Part shown: positions 1 to 12,339 of the stretch, in pieces | Layout of the letters: every line of letters begins with the position of its first letter | Position numbering within the stretch: the stretch's first letter is position 1 | Source: Marispirochaeta sp. | Lineage (GTDB): Bacteria; Spirochaetota; Spirochaetia; JC444; Marispirochaetaceae | NCBI GenBank assembly: GCA_963676835.2 | Contig: CAXXFF010000002.1 | Coordinates: 608,001 to 672,000 of the forward strand | DNA length: 64,000 nt | Direction: 5' to 3' | Translations under genes and position numbers: made by a program | The notes under the pieces: model-generated | Databases searched by the model: none | The model's input: the letters and a program-made list of their open reading frames with translations, nothing else | Told to the model about the DNA's origin: nothing

Positions 1-396
<396 letters not shown>

Positions 397-516
397 TTAT
401 CTGCTGCAGACTCTAGCTTTCATACATATGCTTGTTCAGCCTGTATCCCGCTCTGAAAATGCAGTCCGGAAGGGAGTGCACAGACAGGCGGGAGATCTGC
501 ATCATTAATAATCTTC

Positions 517-2433
<1,917 letters not shown>

Positions 2434-2546
2434 CTATGCGGAAAGGGGGATGCCAAAGTATACCGTCGGGTTAAAAAAAAGTAAAGTAAAGCTAATCTTG
2501 CATTCCCGTCAGCTTCAGGGTACACTGATCTTTACCCGATCATAGT

Positions 2547-2790
2547 TTATCCACACTTTAAAAGGTTATGTTAATAATCTGTGGATAATATTGTGGTTAC
2601 AGGAAAAAACAGTATTTTTATACAAATTTGGGGATTTGTGAAAAAAAACCGCTTCAATTCTGTATAGATATTTTTTCCTAATTTATTATTTTATATATAA
2701 TTATATCTATAATATTTTTCCATATCTGTAGGTCTCTAAATGAACTTTTACTACCGGAGATTATTGATTTCCAGTACCGTTTGTGGATAT
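2547..2790. promoter_or_regulatory. DnaA boxes and AT-rich tract upstream of dnaA (oriC sub-region / dnaA autoregulatory region)
   Basis: TTATCCACA 2547-2555, TGTGGATAA 2580-2588, TGTGGTTAC 2592-2600, TGTGGATAT 2782-2790; very AT-rich stretch ~2665-2725. Confidence 0.8.
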
Positions 2791-2825
2791 GTTGTTAATA
2801 TTCTGGGAATTTTCGGAGATAAACT

Positions 2826-4307
2826 ATGAATAGTGTAGACTGGGACTACAGTCTCTTCTGGAAAGAGGCACTCAACCAGATAAGCCGGGATATATCCGAA
2901 CAGGAATATATGATGTGGCTTAAAAATATTGAATACGATTCCTCCGGCGAAACCCAGATTACCTTAAGTGTTCCCTCCGCATTCTATCGGGATCAGGTAA
3001 AACAGCGGTATCAGAGCCTCATAGAAGAAAAACTCAGCGAACTTACCGGTAGTTCCATTCGTCTGGATTATGTGGTAAAAGCACGGGATCTTACCCAGAT
3101 TAAGGAAACATCAGATATTCCCCGTTCTGATATAGCTGAACCATCGGTTTCTGCAATATCAGATCCGGCTCCTTCGGTTTCTTCTACTATAGATACACCT
3201 GAGCGGCATCCGCTTACAGCACCTCTTCATGAAACAACCGTAGTCGAACACCGTATACCGAGAAGGATCCATCCCGATCTCAGAGGTGATTATACCTTTG
3301 AAAATTTTGTTATCGGCGATAACAATACCTTTGCAGCCAATGCCGCCATGGCAATAGCCAAGAATCCGGGAACCGCATACAACCCCTGTCTTATTTACGG
3401 GGGTGTTGGTCTCGGCAAAACCCATCTGGTCCAGTCCATCGGTAATGCGGCATATCAGAAAATAGACTCCTTCAAGGTTATCTATGTGACCTCAGAAACC
3501 TTTATGAACGAGTTTATCCAGGCCATCGGCGAAAAGAAGAATGCCCAGTTTAAAAACCGGTACAGAAACGCAGACCTTCTTCTTATAGATGATATCCAGT
3601 TTCTCCAGGGAAAAGAGGCTACCCTGGAAGAACTCTTCCATACCTTCAATGCCCTCTATGACAGCAATAAACAGATGGTATTTACCTGTGACCGCCCTGT
3701 CTCTGAGTTGAAAAATCTTACTGCCCGCCTTCAGAGCAGATTCGAACGGGGATTGAATGTTGACCTTCAGCCGCCGAATTATGAAACCCGACTTGCTATT
3801 CTTAAACAGAAAGTGGAAGAAAAGCATGTTGATATATCCGATGAGGTAATTAATCTGGTATGTAACCGGATTACCACCAATGTTCGTGACCTTGAAGCGG
3901 CACTTACAAAATTGATGGCCTATGCGGATCTGCTTAACAAGCGGGTAACCCTGGATATAGCGGAACAGCAACTGAAGGATGTTTTTAACAATACCCGCAC
4001 CGGTGCAATTTCGATGGATACCATTCAGAAAGTAGTATCCGACCATTACAGCCTCTCCTACAACGATATGCGGGGTAAGAAAAGAACCAAGGCAATTGCA
4101 TTTCCCCGGCAGATAGCCATGTATATAGCCAGGGAAATTACTGAATACTCAACAACAGAGGTTGGACTTGCTTTTGGAGGCAGGGATCACACAACTGTAA
4201 TGCATGCATGTCAGCGGGTAGAGAGCAGAATGAAAACTGATTCAAGTCTGGAACCGGTAATTCAGCAGCTTATCCGGGCAATTAAAGAGTATGGAACAAA
4301 TTCTTAG
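2826..4307 (+). CDS. dnaA: Chromosomal replication initiator DnaA
   Basis: YNPCLIYGGVGLGKTHL, LLLIDDIQFL, FGGRDHTTVMHA. Confidence 0.98.
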   Translation: MNSVDWDYSLFWKEALNQISRDISEQEYMMWLKNIEYDSSGETQITLSVPSAFYRDQVKQRYQSLIEEKLSELTGSSIRLDYVVKARDLTQIKETSDIPRSDIAEPSVSAISDPAPSVSSTIDTPERHPLTAPLHETTVVEHRIPRRIHPDLRGDYTFENFVIGDNNTFAANAAMAIAKNPGTAYNPCLIYGGVGLGKTHLVQSIGNAAYQKIDSFKVIYVTSETFMNEFIQAIGEKKNAQFKNRYRNADLLLIDDIQFLQGKEATLEELFHTFNALYDSNKQMVFTCDRPVSELKNLTARLQSRFERGLNVDLQPPNYETRLAILKQKVEEKHVDISDEVINLVCNRITTNVRDLEAALTKLMAYADLLNKRVTLDIAEQQLKDVFNNTRTGAISMDTIQKVVSDHYSLSYNDMRGKKRTKAIAFPRQIAMYIAREITEYSTTEVGLAFGGRDHTTVMHACQRVESRMKTDSSLEPVIQQLIRAIKEYGTNS

Positions 4308-4323
4308 AAACATGGTAATACTA

Positions 4324-4503
4324 TGGGGATAAAGCTGAATAAGTTTTTGACGCTGTGGATGATGTGAATGGACTGTGGAAACAGGATACCTGGTTATACA
4401 GAAGCTAAAATGATGTTCTGTAAGGGATTAAAACCCTTTTCCACAAAATCACAGCCCCTATTACTATTTCTACTATATTATATATATTAATTAGATATTA
4501 ATA
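4324..4503. other. oriC unwinding region between dnaA and dnaN (DnaA boxes, GC tract, DnaA-trios, AT cluster)
   Basis: Degenerate boxes at 4324, 4354, 4374; then TTTTCCACA-AAATCACA-GCCCC-TATTACTATTTCTACTA (4437-4475), followed by a nearly pure A/T run to ~4503. Confidence 0.85.
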
Positions 4504-4517
4504 AGGAGACGGACAGT

Positions 4518-5621
4518 ATGAAATTTACCTGCGATAAAGCGAGTATTCTTCGGGAAGTATCCGTTGCACAGGATATAATCTCTTCCCGTAATGCTCTTTC
4601 CATTCTTTCCAATGTACTCATTGAAGTAGCAGATAATACACTTATATTGAAAGCAACTGATTTAAAGGTTGGTTTTGAAACTCAGTTTCCTGTAGATGTA
4701 GCCGTTCCCGGCAGCACAACTGTCTACTGTGATAAATTTTTAGGTATTCTCCGCAGTCTCCCTGAAGGTGAGGTTGAGTTTGAACAGCAGGATACCCGTC
4801 TGGTAATACGGCCTCTCTTCAAAAAAATTGATTTTCAGCTGAAAAGCATTACCTCAGATAAATATCCCGAAATACAGGAAGTAAGCAGGGATACCTTCTT
4901 CACAGTTCCTCAGGTTGATCTTATTGAAATGATTACCCAGACTATTTTTGCCATTTCAGATGATGAGACCCGCTATTTTATGAACGGTGTCTATTTTGAG
5001 AAATCTGAAAGTGCTCTGATCATGGTTGCCACCGATGGACGCAGACTTTCCTATATTTCAAAGGAAGTTGACGGATCCATACCGGATTTTGCCGGAGTAA
5101 TTGTGCCTCCCAAGGTACTGAATCTGGTTCGTAAACTTGCTTCCGGCGAGGGTGATATTTCCATCGCGGTAACAGATAAAAATATCTTCATGCAGTTCGA
5201 TAACCAGAAGATTTCTTCAAACCTGATTGAAGGTCAGTTTCCCAACTACCGGCGGGTTATTCCCGACGCTCAGGAACACCGGATTACCATTAATCGGGAT
5301 GAACTGGTGGATGCCCTCAGACGTGTATCACTGCTGGTAGAGCAGAAATCCCGCAGGGTTTACATGGCTCTGAATGAAAACAGCCTGGTACTTAATTCGG
5401 AGGAATCTGAAATTGGAATTGCCCGGGAAGAGATTGCCTGTGAATATTCCGGACCGGAAACTACAATTGCTTTGAATTATCTCTACCTGATGGATCCTTT
5501 AAAGGTAATCAATCATGAAGAGATTGCCCTGGAGTACACAGAGGCGAATAAAGCGATTTCAATCCTTTCCGTTCCCCCCGGAGACTATTTTCACATAATT
5601 ATGCCAATGCAGCTTGATTAA
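4518..5621 (+). CDS. dnaN: DNA polymerase III beta sliding clamp
   Basis: ATDLKVG, ETRYFMNGV, VATDGRRL, GQFPNYRRVIP, IIMPM; AAGGAG RBS; follows dnaA. Confidence 0.97.
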   Translation: MKFTCDKASILREVSVAQDIISSRNALSILSNVLIEVADNTLILKATDLKVGFETQFPVDVAVPGSTTVYCDKFLGILRSLPEGEVEFEQQDTRLVIRPLFKKIDFQLKSITSDKYPEIQEVSRDTFFTVPQVDLIEMITQTIFAISDDETRYFMNGVYFEKSESALIMVATDGRRLSYISKEVDGSIPDFAGVIVPPKVLNLVRKLASGEGDISIAVTDKNIFMQFDNQKISSNLIEGQFPNYRRVIPDAQEHRITINRDELVDALRRVSLLVEQKSRRVYMALNENSLVLNSEESEIGIAREEIACEYSGPETTIALNYLYLMDPLKVINHEEIALEYTEANKAISILSVPPGDYFHIIMPMQLD

Positions 5622-6700
5622 TGGGTTTTCGTCGTATTGCTTTATACGGCTACCGTAATCTTGCGGATGCAGCGGTATCTACCGATGCCAAAGAGGTTTT
5701 CCTTGTCGGTGAAAACGGACAGGGAAAAACCAATTTTCTGGAAGCAGTTTATACCTTAAGCTTCGGCAGCTCCTTCAGAACGGTTTCTGATTCCCTTATT
5801 CCAAGAACAGGTACAAAAGAGTTCTCATTACGGGCTGATTTCAGAGACGATGACAAAGAGCTGGATATGTCTCTGATATACCGGAATGGAAAAAAAGAGA
5901 TCCGCCTTGATGGTCAGAGAATTAAAGACAGGAAAGAACTGGTTTCCACCATCCCCTGTATAGTTTTTACCCACGGAGATATTGAGTTTGCTTCAGGCAG
6001 GCCTGAACGTCGCCGCTGGTTTATAAACCAGATTATGAGTCTCTTCAATCCGCTCTATATCGATATTCTCAGGCGGTATAACCGGCTGCTGAAAAGCAAG
6101 AATATTCTTCTCAGGGAAAAAAAGCCGGCTCTACTGGATAGCTATGATCAGCAGCTTGCTTCAGCAGGACTGGAAATTCAGCAGCGGCGAAGAGAAACCA
6201 TTGCAGATTTTAATATAACTTTTTCACGGCTGTTTTCAGAAATATCCCGTATTCCCGGCACTCTAACCATTGAATACCGTCCTTCATGGAAACAGGCTAA
6301 TACAGAATCAGATATTCTGGACATTTTAAAAGAACACCGCCAGCGTGATATGCAGCAGGGAGTCTCCACCAGCGGGCCCCATCGGGACAGAATCCGCTTT
6401 CTTATGGATGGTGATGACTTTGTAGCCACCGCCTCTACCGGTCAACTCAGGCTTATCTCTCTGGTTCTCAGGGTAGCCCAGAGTATCTATTTTGCTGAAA
6501 AAACCCGGCGTAAACCGGTACTGCTTTTAGATGATGTACTGCTGGAGCTTGATCTGGAACGGCGCAAACGTTTTCTCAATGCCCTGCCGGAATATGAGCA
6601 GGCTTTTTTCACCTTTCTGCCGGATGAACCCTACCGGGATTACCGTAAGGAAAACACTATAATTTTGCGTACTGATTCTGGTATACTTACACCGCAATGA
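5621..6700 (+). CDS. recF: DNA replication/repair protein RecF
   Basis: GENGQGKTNFLEA, GPHRD, STGQ, LLLDDVLLELD. Confidence 0.95.
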   Translation: MGFRRIALYGYRNLADAAVSTDAKEVFLVGENGQGKTNFLEAVYTLSFGSSFRTVSDSLIPRTGTKEFSLRADFRDDDKELDMSLIYRNGKKEIRLDGQRIKDRKELVSTIPCIVFTHGDIEFASGRPERRRWFINQIMSLFNPLYIDILRRYNRLLKSKNILLREKKPALLDSYDQQLASAGLEIQQRRRETIADFNITFSRLFSEISRIPGTLTIEYRPSWKQANTESDILDILKEHRQRDMQQGVSTSGPHRDRIRFLMDGDDFVATASTGQLRLISLVLRVAQSIYFAEKTRRKPVLLLDDVLLELDLERRKRFLNALPEYEQAFFTFLPDEPYRDYRKENTIILRTDSGILTPQ

Positions 6701-7170
6701 AGCAGGCCCGGGAACTCATTACAAAGCTCTTCGATAATATTAACCAGCAGGATCTTAAAACCTACAGTGGTCTATTTTCTTCCTGGACAAAAATAGCCGG
6801 TACCGATATTGCGGCTCACTCAAAGATTCTCGAATTTGACCGCCAGATACTCTATATCGGTGTTGATCATCCAGGCTGGATGCAGATGATTGGCTTTAAA
6901 AAGGCCGGTATTCTTAAAGCTCTGAAAAAACAGTATCCCGACCTGAAGATCAAGGATCTGCGTCTCCTGTTGACTGAAGGAGTAGCTGATGAGGTTATGG
7001 AGGAGCGTTTTTCTCCCCCTCATGGATCACAGAACCAAGCCTCTATGGATGATCCCAATAGTGATGAGATGCGGCAGGAAGATACCGAGCCTGAAATTTC
7101 TGAGGAATTCAGCCGGAAACTGGCTAAACTGGGCCGTTCAATTGAGAAAAAATGGCAGGGAAGTGACTGA
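6697..7170 (+). CDS. dciA: DUF721/DciA family helicase-loading protein
   Basis: W..IAG..IAAHS, L.IGVDHPGW.Q pattern; position after recF. Confidence 0.8.
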   Translation: MKQARELITKLFDNINQQDLKTYSGLFSSWTKIAGTDIAAHSKILEFDRQILYIGVDHPGWMQMIGFKKAGILKALKKQYPDLKIKDLRLLLTEGVADEVMEERFSPPHGSQNQASMDDPNSDEMRQEDTEPEISEEFSRKLAKLGRSIEKKWQGSD

Positions 7171-7178
7171 CTGCTCCA

Positions 7179-7207
7179 TTGACTGAGAGGCGGGTAATTC
7201 GTATACT
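7179..7207 (+). promoter_or_regulatory. Sigma70-type promoter of the rpmH operon
   Basis: TTGACT (7179-7184), 17 nt, TATACT (7202-7207). Confidence 0.75.
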
Positions 7208-7273
7208 ACGGCACCTGTTAAATACGCATCATAATGCGCTTAAAACGCGCGATAGATATTAAGGAGAATCCTG

Positions 7274-7429
7274 ATGAAGAGAACCTACCAGCCGAGCAGG
7301 GTTAAACGGAACAGAAAGTTCGGTTTTCGTGCCCGCATGAAGACTGTAGGCGGAAGACTTGTCCTGGCCCGCAGACGGCGGAAAGGACGGAAAAAACTGT
7401 CCGTCGCCGATGAGAAAAAGCCTTACTAG
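7274..7429 (+). CDS. rpmH: 50S ribosomal protein L34
   Basis: Manual translation [60 protein letters not shown]; below the ORF-track size cutoff. Confidence 0.98.
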   Translation: MKRTYQPSRVKRNRKFGFRARMKTVGGRLVLARRRRKGRKKLSVADEKKPY

Positions 7430-7766
7430 GGATGAACGCCTCCGGAGAAAAAAGGATATAAAACGCCTTTTTACTGCCGGAAAATCAGTTTCCGGAGGAG
7501 CTATCCGGCTAATCTACCGGGCCAACGGCCTGGAAAACAGCCGGGTGCTCATCACTTTACGAAAGAAATTCGGAACAGCGGTAGAACGGAACAGAGCCCG
7601 GCGCCTGGTAAAAGAGGCCTACCGACATCTGAAAGACGGAATACCAAACAGGTACGATATCGGTTTTGTACTGTACGAAAAAGGATTGACCTATACCGAA
7701 ACTGTACAGCTGGTACTGACGCTCCTTAAGCGGGCGGGGTTATATGAGATTGAGAGACATAGTTAG
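7410..7766 (+). CDS. rnpA: Ribonuclease P protein component
   Basis: [21 protein letters not shown] (RNR motif); start moved to ATG 7410, overlapping rpmH. Confidence 0.93.
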   Translation: MRKSLTRDERLRRKKDIKRLFTAGKSVSGGAIRLIYRANGLENSRVLITLRKKFGTAVERNRARRLVKEAYRHLKDGIPNRYDIGFVLYEKGLTYTETVQLVLTLLKRAGLYEIERHS

Positions 7767-7971
7767 TTTACCTCTCATTGGGCTTGTGCAGCTGTACAGA
7801 TTCGCTATTTCACCACTCCTTCCTCGAAGCTGCCGATTTTATCCTACCTGTTCGGCATATACCATTGAAGCATTAAAAAAACATGGCCCGGTTAAGGGAC
7901 TTGGACTTTCAGTGCGACGTATCAGCAGATGTCATCCTTGGAATCCCGGCGGGCACGATCCTGTTCCCTGA
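7744..7971 (+). CDS. yidD: Membrane protein insertion efficiency factor YidD
   Basis: [10 protein letters not shown]...[14 protein letters not shown]. Confidence 0.95.
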   Translation: MRLRDIVSLPLIGLVQLYRFAISPLLPRSCRFYPTCSAYTIEALKKHGPVKGLGLSVRRISRCHPWNPGGHDPVP

Positions 7972-8023
7972 CCATTCAACGTAATGCTGTTTCGCCCCTT
8001 TATTCAAAAGGAGCATGATCTAA

Positions 8024-9766
8024 ATGGATAAGAATACCCTGTTGGCGGTTGTTCTTTCGGTAGTTGTTATTACCGTTGGATTCGCCGTTCAGCACACCCT
8101 CTTCCCTGCGCCGGAACCAGCCCAGGAACAGACCCAGACAGCTGTTGCACCTGCACCGGTTGAAGAGGCAGCACCCCAGGCAGAATCAACCGGAGTACCC
8201 CAGGCAAGTTCTGTACTTACTTCGACTGAAACTTCAGCAGTCATAGAAGAGAATCCGGTTATAGAAACCGATATCTTTGTGGCGACATTCTCAAACAAGG
8301 GCGGAGTACTTACTTCTCTGAAGCTCAAAGAACATGAAGAGAACGGTGAACCCCTGGAGATGATTTTCTCAGGCGACAGCGGTGAAGCGGCCTTTAAGCT
8401 TCACTTCGGAGGACCCGATCGCATTGCGGTTAATGATCTTTTCAAGATAGTGCGTCTTGACGGATCAAGCATCCGTTTCGAACGGCAGTTTGCCTACCGG
8501 GATACCACCGGTGAGGTTGTACCCTTTACCCTGCAGAAAACCTATACCTTCAAGCCTGAAGATTATCTGTTTGAACTGGATATTACCGTAATAAACAGTG
8601 TAAACAGGGCACCGGTGCTCGATACTGACGGTTTTGCCTATACTCTCTCTTTCGGCCCCCAGATCGGCCCATCCTTTGACAAGCTCGGCGGCCGTGGTGA
8701 GTACCGGAACTTCTATCTCTATAATGGAGACAAGCGGAGCACGGTTAAGATCGATAAGGATGAGAAATACTCAAGCACTAATGAACGCTATGTCTGGGCA
8801 GCCCTTACGGGAAAATACTTTGCCTTTGTAGCGGTTCCGGATGCGACGGCCTATTCAACCACATTCTCAACCCGGCCCGTGGAAGGGCTTTCCGAAGCCT
8901 CCATGGTTCATTTTTCCCGGCCGGTAATTAAAAGCTCAAACAGCACCGATACCTTCCAGTTCTATTTCGGACCAAAAACACCGAAAATACTCAGTAAATA
9001 CGATACACCCGATGCCAACGGCTTCGGGGTTCAGGATCTTGATCTTGAAGAAGTGATCGATCAGGGAAGAATCCTCGGCTGGATGGAAGCAATCCTGAAG
9101 TTCCTGCTGGTAATGTTCTACAAACTGATACCTAACTATGGTGTGGCCATTATCCTGCTTACGGTTTTCATTAAGGTACTGCTTTTTCCGGTTACCCATA
9201 AAAGCTACGAGTCAACCAGCAAGATGCAGGCTGTGGCGCCGAAGATAACTGAACTGCGTGAGAAGTACAAAGACAACCCCAACAAGATGAATGCCGAAAT
9301 GGCACAGCTCTATAAACGTGAGGGTGTTAACCCCATGGGTGGTTGTCTTCCCATTATGCTGCAGATGCCGGTATTCATTGCTCTATATGGACTCCTGAAC
9401 AAGCATTTTGACCTGAGAGGCGCTGTATTTATTCAGGGATGGATAAATGACCTGTCCGCACCGGAAACAATCTTTACCCTGCCCTTTACGATTCCCTTCC
9501 TCGGCTGGAGTGAGATTCACCTGCTGCCCTTCCTTTTTGTGGGAACACAGCTGGTTTCCTCCAAGCAGATGAGCGCCGGAAGCGCCGGTATGTCCAACAG
9601 TCAGATGAAGATGATGACCTACATGATGCCCATCATGTTCTTCTTTATTCTGTACAATATGCCTTCAGGGCTGCTTCTGTACTGGACAGTAACCAATGCG
9701 CTTACCATGGGACAGCAGATGTTTATCAGCTGGCATCGCAAACGTAAAGAAAAATCAGCCTCCTAG
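8024..9766 (+). CDS. yidC: Membrane protein insertase YidC
   Basis: NYGVAIILLT, NPMGGCLP, PSGLLLYW; canonical operon position. Confidence 0.96.
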   Translation: MDKNTLLAVVLSVVVITVGFAVQHTLFPAPEPAQEQTQTAVAPAPVEEAAPQAESTGVPQASSVLTSTETSAVIEENPVIETDIFVATFSNKGGVLTSLKLKEHEENGEPLEMIFSGDSGEAAFKLHFGGPDRIAVNDLFKIVRLDGSSIRFERQFAYRDTTGEVVPFTLQKTYTFKPEDYLFELDITVINSVNRAPVLDTDGFAYTLSFGPQIGPSFDKLGGRGEYRNFYLYNGDKRSTVKIDKDEKYSSTNERYVWAALTGKYFAFVAVPDATAYSTTFSTRPVEGLSEASMVHFSRPVIKSSNSTDTFQFYFGPKTPKILSKYDTPDANGFGVQDLDLEEVIDQGRILGWMEAILKFLLVMFYKLIPNYGVAIILLTVFIKVLLFPVTHKSYESTSKMQAVAPKITELREKYKDNPNKMNAEMAQLYKREGVNPMGGCLPIMLQMPVFIALYGLLNKHFDLRGAVFIQGWINDLSAPETIFTLPFTIPFLGWSEIHLLPFLFVGTQLVSSKQMSAGSAGMSNSQMKMMTYMMPIMFFFILYNMPSGLLLYWTVTNALTMGQQMFISWHRKRKEKSAS

Positions 9767-9834
9767 GAAAAACCCTAACACGATTAAATAAAGGGGAGGC
9801 GCTCCCGCCCTGCGGGAGCCTTGAGGAGATATAT

Positions 9835-10482
9835 ATGATAAAAGAGTTCGAGGGGAAAAGCGAACAGGAGGCAATTGATAAAGCAATTGCCGACCTGAAC
9901 CTCGACCGGGAAGAGTTTGACGTTGAAATCGTTGAAACCTCCCGGAGAAGCCTCTTCAGAAAGGGTCCGGTAAAAATCCGGGTTCACATTACTGAGGAAG
10001 AGGATGAAGAAGAAACAGTACTTCCTCCTGCGGAGGGTCAGGAAGAAGAAATTATCGGCTTTATGACTACCCTTATGAGTAAAATGGGTTTTCCCGGAGA
10101 TGTGGTTGTCAGCGGAAGGGAACCCCGGAAAACTATTCTGAGGATAGATTCCGACTATTCCGGAATCCTTATCGGCCGTAAAGGCAAGAATCTGGATGCA
10201 CTGCAGGTTCTGGTAAATGTATTTGCCAGCAAGATCGGCTTTCCCAACCGGGTTGTGGTGGATGCGGAAAACTACCGCAGCCGCAGAGAGGAAAACCTGG
10301 TACGGATGGCGCGCAAAACAGCAGACCAGGTCCGCAGGTCCAGGGAGAGCAGACTGCTTGAACCGATGAACCCCTTCGAGAGAAGAATAATACACACTAC
10401 CCTTAACGGCATCGATGATATCGAGACCAAAAGTGAAGGCGAAGGACTGTTCAAGCAGGTACGGGTGCTTTACCGGGGATAA
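9835..10482 (+). CDS. jag: Jag/KhpB (EloR) RNA-binding protein
   Basis: Jag_N, KH (LIGRKGKNLDALQ) and R3H (ERRIIH) domains. Confidence 0.93.
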   Translation: MIKEFEGKSEQEAIDKAIADLNLDREEFDVEIVETSRRSLFRKGPVKIRVHITEEEDEEETVLPPAEGQEEEIIGFMTTLMSKMGFPGDVVVSGREPRKTILRIDSDYSGILIGRKGKNLDALQVLVNVFASKIGFPNRVVVDAENYRSRREENLVRMARKTADQVRRSRESRLLEPMNPFERRIIHTTLNGIDDIETKSEGEGLFKQVRVLYRG

Positions 10483-10657
10483 TCACCCTGTGGATAAAGT
10501 GTGGAAGAATATTTACTGTTAAGCAGTTAAATACTGATATGGAAGCGGATTACCGGAATTTTCGGTAAATCCGCTTTTCTTTTGTAGAATCTAACAGTAA
10601 TCTTACCGCTATCTAATATGGTTTTTTTGGCGAAAACTGTGGATATCGTGTTGATAA
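10474..10657. promoter_or_regulatory. Secondary DnaA-box cluster between jag and ahcY
   Basis: TGTGGATAA 10489-10497 (perfect); TGTGGATAT 10638-10646 and TGTTGATAA 10649-10657 (1 mismatch); CGGGGATAA 10474-10482 (2 mismatches). Confidence 0.55.
10543..10583 (+). terminator. Probable intrinsic terminator after jag
   Basis: AAGCGGATTACCG...CGGTAAATCCGCTT hairpin (one bulge) followed by TTCTTTT. Confidence 0.7.
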
Positions 10658-10699
10658 AAAATTACTATATAGTAACATTTGAAGAACTTCGCCAGACTT

Positions 10700-10754
10700 C
10701 AGAAGACCAGAAGACCAGAAGACCAGAAGACCAGAAGACCAGAAGACCAGAAGA
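10700..10754 (+). repeat. 8-bp tandem repeat (CAGAAGAC) x6 plus 7 nt
   Basis: Perfect repeat read directly; ends just upstream of the ahcY RBS. Confidence 0.97.
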
Positions 10755-10772
10755 AAGGAAAAGGACAATACC

Positions 10773-12209
10773 ATGGAATATACAGTTAAAGACATTTCCC
10801 TTGCAGAATGGGGAAGAAAGGAAATTGAGATAGCCGAGAAAGAGATGCCCGGTCTCATCTCTATTCGTAAAAAATTTGCAAAGGCGCAGCCTTTAAAGGG
10901 TGTCCGTATTATGGGCAGCCTGCATATGACGGTTCAGACTGCTGTACTTATCGAAACCCTGGCAGATCTTGGTGCGGACCTGCGCTGGGCAAGCTGTAAT
11001 ATCTTCTCCACCCAGGATCATGCAGCTGCAGCTGTGGTGGTGGGACGGCCTGAAACCGGAGGAACCCAGGAAGCACCCAAAGGTGTACCGGTATTTGCCT
11101 GGAAGGGTGAAACCCTGGAAGAGTACTGGGACTGTACCTACCGCGCCCTCTCTTTCCCGGAAGGCAAAGGACCAAACCTGATTGTAGATGACGGCGGCGA
11201 TGCCACCCTGCTGGTGCATAAAGGGTTTGAACTGGAAAAAGGTTCTGCCTGGGTTAATGAAGCGGCTTCCAGTCGTGAAGAGGGCATTATCAAGGAACTG
11301 CTTAAAAGGATTAACGGAGAACGTGCCGGCTGGTGGAGTGAGATACTTCCTGAACTGAAAGGTGTTTCCGAAGAGACTACCACCGGTGTTCACCGTCTCT
11401 ATCAGATGAGAGATGCTGGTACCCTGCTCTTTCCGGCCATAAATGTTAACGACTCGGTAACCAAGAGCAAGTTTGACAATCTCTACGGATGCCGTGAATC
11501 CCTGGCTGATGGTATTAAGCGGGCAACAGATGTCATGGTTGCAGGTAAAGTAGTTACCGTCTGCGGCTACGGCGATGTGGGTAAAGGATGTGCCCAGTCC
11601 ATGCGCGGATTCGGTGCCCGGGTAATTGTTACTGAAATTGACCCTATATGTGCCCTTCAGGCTGCCATGGAAGGGTTCGAAGTCGCAACCGTAGAGGACA
11701 CCCTGGGTGAAGCTGATATCTATGTTACCACCACCGGAAACAGGGATATTATAACAACAGAGCACATGTCCCGCATGAAAGATCAGGCAATCGTCTGCAA
11801 CATCGGACATTTCGACAATGAAATTCAGGTGGACAAACTCAACGCCCTGCCTGGAGTTGAAAAAATCAATGTTAAACCCCAGGTGGATAAATATGTCTAT
11901 CCTGATGGAAAGGCGATTTTCCTGCTTGCTGAAGGCCGTCTGGTCAATCTCGGCTGTGCCACCGGTCATCCCAGCTTTGTAATGTCAAATTCCTTTTCCA
12001 ATCAGACCTTGGCACAGCTTGATCTCTGGGAAAACCAGGACAAGTATGAAAAAGAGGTCTACCGGTTACCGAAACAGCTTGACGAAGAGGTTGCCCGTCT
12101 GCATCTTGAAAAGATCGGTGTAAAACTGACTAAGCTGAGTAAAGAGCAGGCTGATTATATCGGGGTAAGTCAGGATGGGCCCTATAAACCTGAGCATTAT
12201 CGTTACTAG
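10773..12209 (+). CDS. ahcY: S-adenosylhomocysteine hydrolase
   Basis: [50 protein letters not shown]-terminal YRY. Confidence 0.98.
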   Translation: MEYTVKDISLAEWGRKEIEIAEKEMPGLISIRKKFAKAQPLKGVRIMGSLHMTVQTAVLIETLADLGADLRWASCNIFSTQDHAAAAVVVGRPETGGTQEAPKGVPVFAWKGETLEEYWDCTYRALSFPEGKGPNLIVDDGGDATLLVHKGFELEKGSAWVNEAASSREEGIIKELLKRINGERAGWWSEILPELKGVSEETTTGVHRLYQMRDAGTLLFPAINVNDSVTKSKFDNLYGCRESLADGIKRATDVMVAGKVVTVCGYGDVGKGCAQSMRGFGARVIVTEIDPICALQAAMEGFEVATVEDTLGEADIYVTTTGNRDIITTEHMSRMKDQAIVCNIGHFDNEIQVDKLNALPGVEKINVKPQVDKYVYPDGKAIFLLAEGRLVNLGCATGHPSFVMSNSFSNQTLAQLDLWENQDKYEKEVYRLPKQLDEEVARLHLEKIGVKLTKLSKEQADYIGVSQDGPYKPEHYRY

Positions 12210-12339
12210 GTTTTCTGGTAGCGGTTTGTTATAAACGACGGTAAGTCCGCAGAATTGCGCCCGGAGAGTTTGTTTACTTTCTTGATTTCTCTCCGGGTCT
12301 TATGTTTGCTTGCTATCGCAAAAAATCTAAGGAGTTTCT

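Noticed and set aside
10700..10754. CRISPR array, or ORFs 10618-10833 and 10613-10858 spanning the repeat
   Set aside because: 8-bp units with no spacers and no cas genes; the ORFs are low-complexity read-throughs of the repeat
10893..11969. 358-aa antisense ORF, and similar shadow ORFs such as 142-456, 9784-10395, 27568-28122 and 56923-57468
   Set aside because: They lie opposite well-supported genes and show no recognisable motifs
12210..12339. SAM/SAH riboswitch upstream of metK (also checked upstream of ahcY and metF)
   Set aside because: Only a 9-bp stem (CCCGGAGAG/CTCTCCGGG, 12260-12297) is visible and no consensus aptamer was recognised; an Rfam/Infernal scan would settle it
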